Shown here piece after piece: positions 1-13,259 of a DNA stretch of 54,035 nucleotides; the stretch's first letter is position 1, and each line of letters begins with the position of its first letter. The stretch is taken from NCBI GenBank assembly GCA_963575745.1, contig CAUYUJ010000271.1:62001-116035 (forward strand), in the 5' to 3' direction. Position numbers and translations under genes: made by a program. The notes beneath the pieces are model-generated. The model was not told the origin of the DNA. It saw only the letters and a program-made list of their open reading frames with translations, and searched no databases. This stretch comes from Prorocentrum cordatum (lineage: Eukaryota).

Positions 1-66
1 TCTCAGGATAGGGAAATGTTCTTCGCAAGGTTCCCATGGGGGCGTCGTAGGTAACAACGAATACGC

Positions 67-3000
67 CTATATGACGCGTTCTGGCGCTGCACCCGGCCGA
101 TCCTCTTGCCAGACGCTGTGCTGGCTGAGCCTCTATGCCTCCAGGCCCGACCGCAGGAAGTGCGCCTGCCGTATGCAGCCGAAGTGTCCAGAGACTGAGG
201 AGCTACGCAAACACGGTTCCGGATCACACAGCATGCCGCCAGTCGAGGTGGTCCCACAGACGCGGATGGCGATGGTGACCAGCCCTGAGTGGGCCGAGCG
301 GGTCCGACAGGTGCACTTCTCTGAATCTGTCTTGGGCCCGCATGCCAGCCTAACATGCATCGGCAACAGCACCTGCAATTTCCCGTACTGTGGGAAGGGA
401 GGAGGAAGACCAGACTCCGTCGACCGCCGCTTGCTGGGATTTAGGAGGCGTGTGAGGCTTGGCTGTTTCGCCGGCCTGAAGATGGCCCAAGAAGCTCCGA
501 AAACGTTCCAAGAGGGTTCCAAGGAGGATCCCCAAGAGACACTCAAGAGGCACGACACATTGATGTTACGGAGTTGTTTCCCCACATCTTGAATGGGGTT
601 CTTGTCTTCCCGAACCATCCTCCTGATCCTCCTCTTCCTCCTTCTCCTCCTCCTCCTCCTCCTCCTCATCATCATCCTCATCCTACGCCTCCCCCTCCTC
701 CCATTCTCCTTCGCTCCTCCTGCATGCGCTGATCGTGCGACTCCCACCATTATGCTTCTCCTTCGTGCCATTCCCACCCCTGCACGATTCTCACTCAATG
801 ATGCCCCACCAGCCCCACCAACCATCAACTACAGGAATCCCACCAGTATCCCGACAATCCTCCCAATCTTCTGGCCCCACCAGTACCATGTTTCCCCCTC
901 CAAGGAGGCCGCGTCGGAACGCACGGGCTGTGTAGGTGCCGTGTTATCGATCAGGGGTCGTGCCCGTCCCGCTCCACTGGCCCGACCAGTAACATGTTTC
1001 CCCTCCAAAATGGCGGCGTCGAAAAGTGCGGGCTATGCAAATATTGGGTTCGTTCCCACATCCCGACTGGGCCTCTTGTTCCCCACATCCCGATTGAGAT
1101 GCCACATCCCGATTGAGATGCTTGCTTTCCCTAAGCAGCCTCTCTATACTTCTCCTCCTCCTCCTCCTCCTCCTCCTCCTCCTCCTCCTCCTCCTCCTCC
1201 TCCTCCTCCTCCCGCTCATCCTCCCATCCTCATTCACTCATCCTGCATGTACTGATCGTGCCATTCGCACCATTCTCATCCTCGTTCACTCCTCCTGCGT
1301 GCGCTAATCGTAACGTTCTCATTGCTGCACGATTCCCACTCCACGATCACCCACCAGCTCCATACACCACCAGCTCCAGGAATGCCACTAACACTCCAAT
1401 AGTCCTTCCAACCCGCCAGTGCCACCAATACCACGCTTCCATCTCCAATGAGGCCGCACCGGACCACAAGTGCTATGCGGATACTGTGTTATTGATCCAG
1501 GCTCGCATCCTTCCCAGTCCACCAGCCCCACCAATATCACGTTTCTTCCTCCAGGGTGGCCGCTTCGGACTGCACAGGCTGTGCGGATACCCTGTTATGT
1601 ATCAGGGGTGGAGGAAGGTCGAGACTCTTGGGCATCTTTGCCTCGTGATACCTCCAGGAGACCTCTGGAGGAGAGGGATGAAGGAAAAAAGGGGGATAAA
1701 GAACTGATGAAGCTGGCAGGCCACATGGAGGCCTCCAGGAGCCCAGCAGGGGCCAAACACATCCAAAGGCATGAATCCTAGAAGCTCCTCCTGCTGGCAC
1801 TCTTCCCTCCTCCTCCTCCTCCTCCTCCTCCTCCTCCTCCTCCTCCTCCTCCTCCTCCTCCTCCTCCTCCTCCGCCTCCGCCTCCGCCTCCGCCTCCTCC
1901 TCCCCTCCGCCTCCTCGCCCCTCCCTCCTCCTCCTCCTCCTCCTCCTCCTCCTCCTCCTCCTCCTCCTCCTCCTCCTCCTCCTCCCCTCTCCTCCTCGGG
2001 ATGAGGGACGAGAGAGGAGGGAGAAAAGCGCTTACCTGTTCTCTTCTCCTAGAAGGCGCGCGCCTTGAGGAAGGTGAGCCCGGCCTCCGGGGGCAAGCAG
2101 ACCTCCTGCCGCGTGGAGGAGCAAGGAGAAAAACCCGGAGTTGTGCCTCTCCCCCGAGGGAGCAACCAGGAACGGCAGATTGAGAAACCCGTTGCTCCTC
2201 GAGTGGGCCATCCCAATCGTGCGACCACGGACACACGAACACAACAACACACGCGCGCTGCAAATCGTAGAAACCTCATGGGAACAACTCCGTGGCACTT
2301 TCAAGCGGTCGCAGCTCGGACCTGGCAGTGCGACCAACAACGTGGCACCAAGACTCAGAGGATGATGGAGAGAGACAGGGAGCAGAAGGAAGAGCAAGAG
2401 GATAATCCAGAGTTGCCGAGTCGCATCTTGGCCCTCTTGTTACCATATGGCACTAATTATTTGCGCCTTTCCACGCCCATGAGATCGGCAAGCTTGTTCC
2501 GTCTCCCGTTCCTGGGGACGTTTCGGGGGCTGGCTTGGATGACCGAGAGATGATCGCGCCGATCTGTGCGCCTGTGATGGTGAATGCCCTTCCTGGGTCT
2601 GGAGGCCAGGTTTTGGGCGGATCCCCCCTCTCCTGCTGTGCTCTTGCTTCCTCTCTCCCTTTGGCCTTTCCCCTCCCACTTTGGATAGGCGGCCGTCGAG
2701 CAAACGTCTTTAGGATTCGACAGGCCGACCGGCCAACTACCCCAAACGACCGCCGAGGGTACAACAAAAAGACTCGGCCTTCCCAATTTTGAACATCTGA
2801 CTACCTACCAGACCACCCCAACCCAACTCGAAGACCCGAATTTGGGGTTGGGGGGGGGGGGGGGGTACGGGTTCCATCTGTGTTTTCTCGATGTTCCCCG
2901 ACCCCCCCCACACTGGAAATGGAGGTCAATTTGAGGCCTTCGGGTTGGGTTGGGGTGGTTTGGTGGGTGGTGAACATCTGGGAACAGTTGCTGGGCCTCG

Positions 3001-5420
3001 GGAGCGTCAATAGAAAAGAGTCGGATGATGAAGCGTGGGTCCTGAAGAAAAGGTCGAGCGGTCCCGTTCTCGTGTCACGGAAAGTTGATTGGCAAAGGCC
3101 TTGGGGACAAGAAGCGGAGATAGAGGAGCAAGACAGGAGAAGGAGGGGGAGGATGGGCAGGAAGGGAACCCACGATGCAGGGAGCTAGCAAGGGGTCGTG
3201 CTGCGACGTGGAGAGTATACGGAGAAGCCACAGAAAAAGGCAAATATGCACGAAGAAAACAAGGACGTCTATGTCCCACCGATCCAGACTACGATGACAA
3301 TCCAACAACGAGCGATTGCCATCGTCTATCAGTGGCACGGCATGAGATACACGCGCGCTAAATCAGAATGCATCGCCAATTTTGCCTCCAATGTGCGCAT
3401 ACGCAAGCAACGACAAACGGCGCACAACCACGCAACACCACGCGCCATTGACTGGGTGATGCAGCGGAGCTGAGTGTAGCCGACACCTCCAGGCTCAGCG
3501 CCGCCAGCTGCGGTCCCATTCCGCACACGATACCGAGACAGCGCAGCCCTACCCCGACCACCAGGACTCGAAGCCCCAACGGGCCAGACGCATACCGAAT
3601 CTTGCCGTACATGAGCTGTGCTCTTGTTCCCATGTGTTTATGTTAACTGCGAGTAACAAGGCTGCAGGTCCTTGGATGTTGCATTATGGTTGCAGGTCCT
3701 TGGCATGTTGCAATGGGACCTTGGACAGAAACACATCCTTCAAGAACATGAGACCCTTCGCCAGCCAAATTGAAGAACATTCGAGGGCCCTCCTCCAGGA
3801 TGCGCAGGATCATCCAACAAACGCGAAGCACACTGGGGGGTACCCTTCCAGAACCAGCCTCGATCTCACACCTCGGCCCGACAGTAGACGCTCGACGTCG
3901 ACGGCGGTCGGGCGTGGACGACGGAGTGGAGCGCGAAGGTTTCGGGCCTCCCCAGCCCCCCTGGCCATCGCTCGGACGTCCATTCACTGTGTGTTTTTTC
4001 CGGCTTCGTGTGTGGTCTTTTCGCCAAATGATCAAGGATGCTCCTCGATGGTCCTCGCCGAAGAAAAAACGCACACGTCCGAGCGATGCCAAGTCCCCCC
4101 CAGAGGTCTGGCCGAGATCGCCTCGTTCCCGCCGAAACACCGTCCCCACTCGTGGCCTCGGGGCCTCGTCGTTCGATGGGTCCTGTGAGGAGTGGGAATC
4201 GAAGCAAACCTCCTCCTCCTCCTCCTCCTCCTTCTCCTGCTCTTCCTCCTGCTCTTCCTCCTCCTCCTCCTCCTCCTCCTCCTCCTCCTCCTCCTCCTCC
4301 TCCTCCTCCTCCTCCTCCTCCTCCTCCTCCTCCTCCTCCTCGTCATCCTCCTCCTCCGCCTCCTCACTCCTCCTCCTCCTCCTCCTTGCTGTCCTCCTCC
4401 TCCTCCTCCTCCTCCTCCTCCTCTCCTGCTCCTATCTCCTTCTCCTCCTACTCCGCTCCTCCTCCTCCTCCTCCTCCTCCACTCCTCCTCCCCTCCTCCT
4501 CCTACTCCTCCTCCTCCTCCTCCTCCTCCTCCTCCTCCTCCTCTTACTCGTCCTGGGACGCTGAGGCGGGGCTGGCAGGTCTCCTGCTGCGCGAGCAGAG
4601 CGTAGGTGGTCTTGTGGTCAAAGTCGATGCGCAGGCGGCCCCGAGCACGGCCCAGCCCGGTACGGCCCCGAGCCCCACCCACCGTCCGACTCCGATTGGC
4701 CCAACCACCCCTACCATAGGTAGGAGAAGGAGGAGGAGGAGGAGGAGGAGGAGGAAGAGACGGACGAGGAGGAGGAGGAGGAGGAGGAGGAGGAGGAGGA
4801 GGAGGAGGAGGGGGGGGATGAGCCTCCCCCCCGTCCTGCACACGGTAGTGGTGGTGAAACATGTGCCCATCCGACTCCGCCTCCCCCAGCCATATTCTGC
4901 CCTCGAGGGCCGAAGATAAAAAATACCCATCCCGCTACCCTCATCTCATCATCGTCCTCCTCCTCCTCCTCCGCCTCCTCCTCCTCCTCTCGTCGGCACC
5001 GTTGAATCCGCGTCGAAATCCTGGCCAGAGCGCACCCCCGAGAGATGTCCGTGGAGCACCAGCATCGGTACTTCTTTGGCTTCCCCACTCCAGGGTCGAG
5101 GGGGCAGGTTGTCAGGCGCTTCGGGCCCTTATCGAGCCTCCTGGGGCGGGGACCTCCGGGGACCACTGGGGGGGTGTCAGGGCCTGGGGCGGCAGCAGGA
5201 CTTGTCACCCATCCCACTCCGCCTCCCCATCTCCCCCTCCCCCCCCCCCCTGCGGAGGTCGATTGTTACTCGACGCTGGTCGCCCTTCTTGGGCCTCCGC
5301 AGGGCTCCGCGTCGCCACGGCTGGGTTCCCCCCGAATCCGCCCGAGGACATGTCTTGCCGACGTTTGACCCCTGCGGCGTTCAAGACAAGTTAGAAAGTT
5401 TGTTTGTTTGTGTGTGCGTA

Positions 5421-5517
<97 letters not shown>

Positions 5518-8500
5518 GCCTTGTCTGCCTGTCTGCCTGTCTGCCTGTCTGCCTGTCTGTCTACTTGTCCGTCTGTCAGTCTGTTCATCTCTCAGTGATG
5601 TTCGGCATACTGGTGAGCGTTTCGCGACTGCTCCCCAGGAAACGATCCGGGGCGAGTTCGAGGGCTGGTGGGACCTCGTATTGACATGGAACGCGACGTT
5701 GAATCTCTGGGCCACCTCCACCTCTCCCTCTCCAGGAAGGAGGGGGGAAGGGAGGAGGGGGGAGGGGGAGAGGGGAGGGGAAGGGAGGGGAAGGGAGCGG
5801 GAGGGGGGAGGAGGAGGGAGGCATAGGGGGGGGGGGTAAGGGAGGAGGAGGAGGAGGAGGAGGAGGAGGAGAGACGGAGGAGACGGAGGAGGAGAGGGGA
5901 AGGGAAGTGTGGGGGTTAGGAGGAGGGAGAAGGAGCAGAGAGGAAGGGAGGGAGGAAGGGGGAAAGGAGGGAGGAGGGGGGAGAGGGCGAGGCGAGGGGA
6001 GAGCGCGAGGAGAGGCGAGGGCGGTCGGGGGAGTTGGAGTGAGGGTTATGGCGGTCCTCGTGCGAAGAGCCCGGCAGAAGCCTCTCCCCCTTTTCTCCTC
6101 CTCCACCTCCTCCTCCTCCCCCCGTCTCCTCCTACTCCTGCTCCACCTCACACTTCTCCTCCTCCCCTCCTCCTCCTCCTCCTCCTCCTCCTCCTCCTCC
6201 TCCTCCTCCCTCCTCCTCTCTTCCTCTCCACCTCCCCCTTCTCTTCCTCCTCCTCCGCCTCCTCCTCCTCCTCCTCCTCCCTCCTCCTCCACCTCCTCCT
6301 CCTCCTCCCCTCGCACCCCTGCGAGAACCACGAGAAGCCTGATGGCCCAGACAACGATTGGGCTCCATGTGAAGATGAGGCCTTATACTGTTCAGAGTTG
6401 TCTGCATTGTATTCACAGTCCTAAGGGCCATGGGCTATTCCAGTTCATTGCTGAAGTCTCTCCGCCCTCATCTTCCCCCCCTGCCCTCCCCCACCCACTT
6501 CCCACTCACATCGTCTCCACCTCCACTCCCCCCCCTCTCGACTCCCTCCACGCGTGCCATCCCCCTTCCTCCCTGCACCCTTTCCTCATCCTTTCAAGTT
6601 ACAATCTGCAGCACCCAGCAATTCAAGAGAAGAATGAGGCGGGCGTGGGGTGGGCCGCGGGCGAGTCGCGGGTGGGTCGCGGGATGGGTCGCGGGTGCGT
6701 TGCGGGTGGGTCGCGGGTGGGTCGCGGGTGGATCGCGGGTGGGTCGCGGGTGGGTCGCGGGTGTGCCGCGCGTGGGTCGCGGGTGGGTCGCAAGCGGGTC
6801 GCGCTGTGTGTCGTGGATGTGTCGCGGATGGGTCGCGGGCGGGACGCGGGCGGGTCGCGGGGTGGGTCGCGGGTGGGTCGCGGGCTGAACCGCAGGTGGG
6901 TCGCGGTTGGGTCGAGGATGGGTCGCGGGTGGGTCGCGGGTCAGTCGCGGGCCAATCGCGGGTTGGTCGCGGGCGGGGCGACGACAACAAACAACCCGCA
7001 ACAAACAACATCCAACAAGCAACAGCCAATACCAAACACACAAGCAACAGTCAGCAACACTCAACAACCATCAATCAACACACAGCAATCAACAAACAAC
7101 ACACCTAACAACAACACCAACACCAACATCACCACCACCACCCACAACAACATCAACAACCACCGCAAGACAACAGCAACAACGACAACATCAACAACAA
7201 CAAACAACCACAACGGCAACAACAACACCAACACCAACACCAACACCACCAACAACAACCATTTCAATATCGTTCGCTCTCACCTGCCCGCGTGCCATTT
7301 AACACGTGTACCCCAAAACCTCGATGCCCGCCCTCTCTGTCTCCCGAATGCAAGGGGAGAGAGGGCGGATGGAAAGAAGGGGCAAGGGGGAGGCAGGAGG
7401 CTTGAACGCGAGAGAGAGTAGCGGGAGAGGCGGCCAGGTAATGAAAACACGTGGCAGAACCAGACGGGCAGATCGGGCGGGTAGACCTTAACAGGCAAGT
7501 CGGGAAGGCGGCCCCGGGCGGCCAGGTCGGGCAGGAGGGCTGCTGAAGCGTGAGTCTTGCATGAATCGCGAAGGAGTCTCGGGCGACAGCGCGATTCTCA
7601 AATACATCGTGCGGAAATCCACAGCGAGCGCGTCATTCCTGACTGTCGAGGGCGCGGCGTCTGAATAAATGTCAAGGACGTTCCAAGCGAGAGCGCGATT
7701 TCAGCATGCATTGTGCGGAAGTCCTGCGCGAGAGCGCGATTTGGGAGTCCATTGTGAGGAGGTCTCGGGCGTGAGCCCTTGTTGTTGTAAACTGGGGGCC
7801 AGGGGCGCAGTTTGGTGACGCCCCGCTTTCTTTGTGTAAAGAAGGTGCGACCCTGGGATGAGCAATATACTTGAAAAACCCATGCGTTCGAATTCAACCC
7901 GGAGGTGTCACAGGCGCAGGTCAGCGCAGGTCAGCTCAAGTCAGCGCAGGTCAGTGCAGGTCAAGCGATCCCTCGGAGGCGCAGGTCAGCGCAGGTCAGC
8001 GCAGGCAAGCGCCCGCGCACGTTTGCCCGCGGGTCGCATCTCGCGAGGGCTGCGCTAATCTGCGCAGACCTGCGCGCCTGCGTTGAATTTTTTGACCTGC
8101 GTCGGTCTGCGTGACCTGCGCTGACTCAAACCCCGAGCGCCTTCCGAGATTCCCTCGCAAAGGCTCACTTCACGCTCGTGTCTTGTGCCTTCCGCCAACG
8201 CACTGCGCCCGCTCGCGAGAGTAGCAGGCTCGTTCCACAGTGACCCTGGGCTCGCTCCACTCACAAGCTGAGCTCGCGCCGCAAAGCTCCGTTCCACACA
8301 AAGGCTCCGTTCCACAAAACCTGGTCCCGCAAGGGCTCCACACACAAGGGCTCCAGGCCTGTTCCGCAACAGCTGAGGTGTCGCTCAGCAAAGGAGGCGG
8401 ACTGTGATGGGGAGGAGGGCGAAGGAGGGAGGAGGATCAGGAGTGAATTCGAATCTGCGCTCACTCACCCACACGCTCACTGTCACCATCAACGCCACCC

Positions 8501-8642
8501 CTCACCTACCCTCTCCAGACGCCCAAATATTCACACACACACACTCACACGCACGCACGCGCGCACACACGTCATATCCCTCGCATCGCCGTCGTCAACA
8601 CATCTGAATCACTTCCCAGGTTTTGAAGACCATGGCCACGAA

Positions 8643-8689
<47 letters not shown>

Positions 8690-11600
8690 CCACCATCATC
8701 ACCACCATCATTTCGTGCGTTCCCGCGTAAGCACCATTACTCGCTCATTCATCAGCTCACACGCGTATTCTATAGAAGGGGCTTTTCTTGGACACGATGC
8801 ATGCTTCATGGGGCGACCGCGTGATATAAATTCCAGTACTCTCTGTGAAATTACAAGGTGACGCCAGTACGGTTACACAGTTTCGCCAACAACTGTGCTC
8901 GGTGAGATGGTTTTCGCCTTTCTCAGATGTGTTGCTCAAGGTTATGATTTTCTTTCTCCTGCCAGTCCTCCTCCTCCCCATGCACGTCGTCCTCCTCAAA
9001 CACATCGTCCGTTCCCTCGGCGGCGAACGCGCGCAGGGTGGCGAGCTTGCCCGCGGGCAAGCCGCCGAAGCGGCAGCATGCGGCTTGCGCCCTGACGGCG
9101 ACACTGCATGTTGACGCTGGTCGCGGGCAGCTGCTGCCTTTCGATGTTTGCACACTGTGCCGAGACGCCCCGTGTCGCATCAGTCACTGCTCAGACCATG
9201 TTCCCGGCCGTGACGTCGCGGCTGTGCGTTCACGACCCCGCAATGTTAGAGTTCACGGCTTTCGGCGAATCCCGCCTCGTGCCCGGGTTGCGTGGAACCT
9301 GCACGGCGGCCCCAGGGGTGTCCGTCGGGGGTCTTCTGGGGCTTGCTGGGGGACTTCTGGGGCGGAAGGCTCGGATGTTCGCTTCGCTTTCGCTTCTCGG
9401 CTGCTCTTCGAGCTCTCTTGGGCATCCTTGGGGCTCTCAGAAGGGGCCCGCCTGAGCCGCCGCGTGGCGGTCTCGGGGCTTATTTTGCTGTCCTGGGCCT
9501 CGTTGCACGCCGCGGGGCCCGCTCCACAGAGCGGGGCCCGTTCCAAAAAGCGGGGCCCGTTCCTAAAAGCGGGGCCCGTTTGCTCCCGAGCCCTGTCCAG
9601 CATGCTGCTTTCCCCTTATATTGGTTTGAAGGAACCTGCTAGGCGAGCCCTGCCCAGCAGTTTGCTTTCCACTGGTTCTGGTTCGAAGGACCTGCCAGGC
9701 AAGCCCTGGTCAATAGTTTGCTTTCTCGTGGTCTTGGCTCGAACAATTTACTTGGCAAGTCCTGTCCAGGAATTTGATGTCCGATGGTGCTGGTTCGGAA
9801 ACCCTGCAAGGCAAGCCCGATGGTACTGGTTCGGAAACCCTGCAAGGCAAGCCCTGTCCAGTAGTTAGCTTTCCGGTAATATTGTTCCCCAAAGTCTGCT
9901 AGGCAAGCCGAGTGCTGTAGTTTGATTCGCCATGCTACTCGTTCGAACAAAAATTGTTCGGCACGCCGTGTCCAGTAGTTGGATTTTCCATGGACTTGAT
10001 TCGAAAACCTGCGAAGCGAACCCTGTCCAGTAGGTCGCGTTCCTATGGTTTGGGTTCGAAAATCCTGGCAGGCCAGCCTCGTCCAGTAGTTTATTTAGTT
10101 TCCAATAGTCTTGTTCCCGAATACCGGCTAGGCAAGACCCGTCCAGTAGTTGGTTATTTCATGGTCGTTCCGCGGAAGACCACATGCGGGTTCGCGCGCT
10201 AGGTGGAAAACGTCCGAGGTCGTTCTGGATCGGAGTTGTTGTAGAACGGGCTCGGGCCCTTTGTCGATATTCACGGGGTCCTTCTGTGGAAGGAACTCCG
10301 AGGCATCCGAAAAAAGGGCGGCGGGTCTTTGTGGAACAGGCCCCAACGCCTGAGGTCTCTGTGGAGGGAGGCCCAGTGTGAAACGAGGCCAGAGCCTGTG
10401 TGGAACACGCCCGAGGTCTCTGTGGAACGGAGCTCTTGTGGAGCGGGCCCTGTGGAACAGCCCTGCGACGCAGTGGAACGAGCCCGAGGCCTCTGTGGAA
10501 GAGCTCCATTGGATACGCTCGCCAGAAGCTCTTGCGAACACCCGCGGAAGGCGCAAGTGTAGGCGCGGGCCAGCGCGGGTCAGTGCAGACCGGCGCAGGA
10601 CAGCGCAGGGCTACGCAGGACCCTCCGCGCCAAACGGGGCTGAGGCCGAGGGTGATCAGGGCGCTGGCTGACCTGCGCGGACCTGCGCGGACCTGTTTGA
10701 CATGCGATGACATGCGCTGACTGGCGCCTGTGCAATTTGAACGCCATCCCCGAACGCAGTGGAAGAATGCAACGGTTACGTGGGAAAGGGGCGACCAGCA
10801 ATCATATTCTTGCGAACTGCGAAGTCAACAACCTAAACAGCAACAGCAACAACAAGAATGCTGATACCCTTCGCTCTTCCCTGCTCGCGGGCCAATCAAC
10901 ACGTGGATCCCGAACCCTCGATGCCCGCCCTCGTTGTCTTCGGTCGTAACCCTCTTGGGGGGTCATATCCTATTCCTACCTGCGACGTGTATCTCGTGCA
11001 GCCCTGAAGGCGGGGGAAGGGAGGGCGGATGGAAGGGAGGGACAAGGGGCAGGGAGGACGGATGGAGCACGAGAGAGAGTGGCAGGAGGGGGGCCAGGAG
11101 CAGAGAGCACGTCCCACACCCTCGATACCCGCCCTATTCGTCATCGATCGTGCCCCCTTGGGGGTATAAATCTTTTGTCCTACCTGCGACGCGTCTTCTG
11201 TGCAGCCCCTAAGGTAGGGGAAGAGAGGACGAATGAAGGAAGTAGCAAGGGGGAGGGGGCTAGGAGCAGAAAGCACGTGGCAAAACCAGGCGGGCCCATC
11301 GGGCGGGAAAACCCTAACGGGCGGGTCGGGGAGGCGGGCCCAAGCGGCCAGCGTGTGCCCCGCATGAGTCGCGAGGGAGTTTCGAGCGACAGCGCGCTTC
11401 TCAAACAAATCGTGCGGAAATTCACAGCGAGAGCCTGATTCCTGAGTGTCGAGGGCGCGGGGTCTGAATGAATTGCGAGGGAATCCCACGCGAAAGCGCG
11501 ACTCCTCTGTACATTGTAAGGCAGTTCCACGCGAACGCTCGATTTGGAAATGCATTGTGGGGACGTTTTCGGTGGGAACCGTTGTTGTTGTAAACCGGAG

Positions 11601-13195
11601 GGGGGCCAAGAGCGCAGTTTGGTGACACTTCGCTTTCGTTAGTGAGAAAACAGGGTGTGAGCCTCGGGAGGAGCACTAGAATTGAAACAAAAAACAAGGG
11701 CTACCGGGGAAGGGGGGTCAACAGTACATATTTGTAGAAACTGTAAATTTAGAACCAACAACAATACCACCACCACCAACAACAATCATTTTAAGACTGT
11801 TCGCTCTTACCTTCTCGCGTGCCATTCAACACGTATATCCCACACCCTCGATCGCCGCCCTGTTCGTCTTCGATCGTGTCGCCTTGGGGGTCTTTCTTTT
11901 TGTCTTACCTGCAACGTGAATTCCGTGCAGCCCCTAAGGTAGAAGGGAAGAGAGGACGGATGGAAGGAATGGTCAAGGGGGAGGGAGGAAGATGGAGCAC
12001 GAAAGGGAGTAGCAGGAACGTCCTGCATGAATTGCGAGGAAGTCTCACGCGAAAGCGCCATTCCCAAACGAATCGGGAGGGAATCCACAGCGAGGGCCTG
12101 ATTCCTGAGTGTCGAGGGCGCGGCGTCGGAATAAATTGCGAGGAAGTGCCTCTCGAGAGCGCGATGTCTGCATACATTGAAAGGAAATATTCGGCGGGAG
12201 CCGTTGTTGTTGTAGCTCGGTGGCCAATGGGCGCAGTTTGGTGACCCCCAGCTTTCCCTTGTAAAAAACCAGGTGCGAGCCCCGGGAAGGGCACTTCAAT
12301 TGAAAAAACACTATGTGCCCCGGAGGGGGGATCAACAATGATTATTCTTCGGTCGTGAGAGTTCAACAACAACAACAATCATTGTAATACTGTTCGCTCT
12401 TACCTGCTCGCGTGCCATTCAAAAAGTAAATCCCACACTCTCGATACCCGCCCTATTCGTCGTCGATCGTGCCCCCTTGGGGGTATAAATCTTTTGTCCT
12501 ACCTGCGACGCGTCTTCCGTGCAGCCCCTAAGGTAGGGGAAGAGAGGACGGATGAAGGAAGTAGCAAGGGGGGGGGGATGAGGCCGGAGCACAAAAGACA
12601 GCAGCAGGAGGGGGGCCAGGAGCAGAGAGCACGTGGCAAAACCAGACGGGCAGACTGGGCGGGTAGACCCTTGCGGGCGGGACGGGAAGGCGGGCCCAGG
12701 CGGCCAGGTCGAGCAGGCGGGTTGCTGAAGCGTGCGTCCTGCGTGAATCGCGAGGAAGTCTCGAGCGACAGCGCGATTCCCAGTCAAATCGGAAGGACTC
12801 CACAGCGAGGGCCTGATTCCTGAGTGTCGAGGGCGCGGCGTCTGAATAAATTATTAGGAAATCCAGCGCGAGAGCGCGATTTCTGTTTAAATTGTAAAGC
12901 AGTCCCGCGCGAAAGCGCGATTTGGAAATACATCTTGTGGAGAAATTAGGCGGGAGATGTTGTTTTCCTTGTCAGCCAGGGGCCAGTCGCAGTTTGGTGG
13001 CACTTCGCTTTCCCTTGTAACACACAGGGTACGAGCCCTGGGATAATTCTTGTCATTGAAAAACGCAATGGTTTTAGAAATGCATGCAATACATGAATCA
13101 AAAATGAGCATTTACATAAAATGTGTCTCGAATGCGTTACTGGAGAGAGGGGTCAACAATATATATATATATATATATATTAAATATGATACTGC

Positions 13196-13259
<64 letters not shown>

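Larger units (their letters stand above)
7884..10744. mobile_element. Putative non-autonomous TIR/foldback-type element (2.86 kb) with ~480-bp imperfect inverted arms and a candidate 3-bp TSD (CAT)
   Basis: Ends gcgttcgaatt / aatttgaacgc (10/11 inverted). CAT at 7881-7883 and 10745-10747. Arms 7884-8375 and ~10230-10744 carry mirrored GCGCAGGTCA and GTTCCACA arrays. The family-A unit resumes after the right end. Confidence 0.55.

Noticed and set aside
2064..4600. The spliced peptide QQ-EVCLPP resembles an ART Q-x-E-V-L-L-P-P motif
   Set aside because: No upstream YRG or STS-like motif in the chain; probably coincidental.
5907..7421. 504-aa ORF and similar long poly-P/S/L/E/G/R ORFs across the window
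   Set aside because: They span microsatellites that lack stop codons and show no domain signal.
9586..10175. CRISPR-like periodicity (conserved core with variable intervals); also at 26062-26432 and 50435-51000
   Set aside because: The intervals are homologous to each other, the cores are degenerate, there are no cas genes and the context is eukaryotic: ordinary minisatellites.
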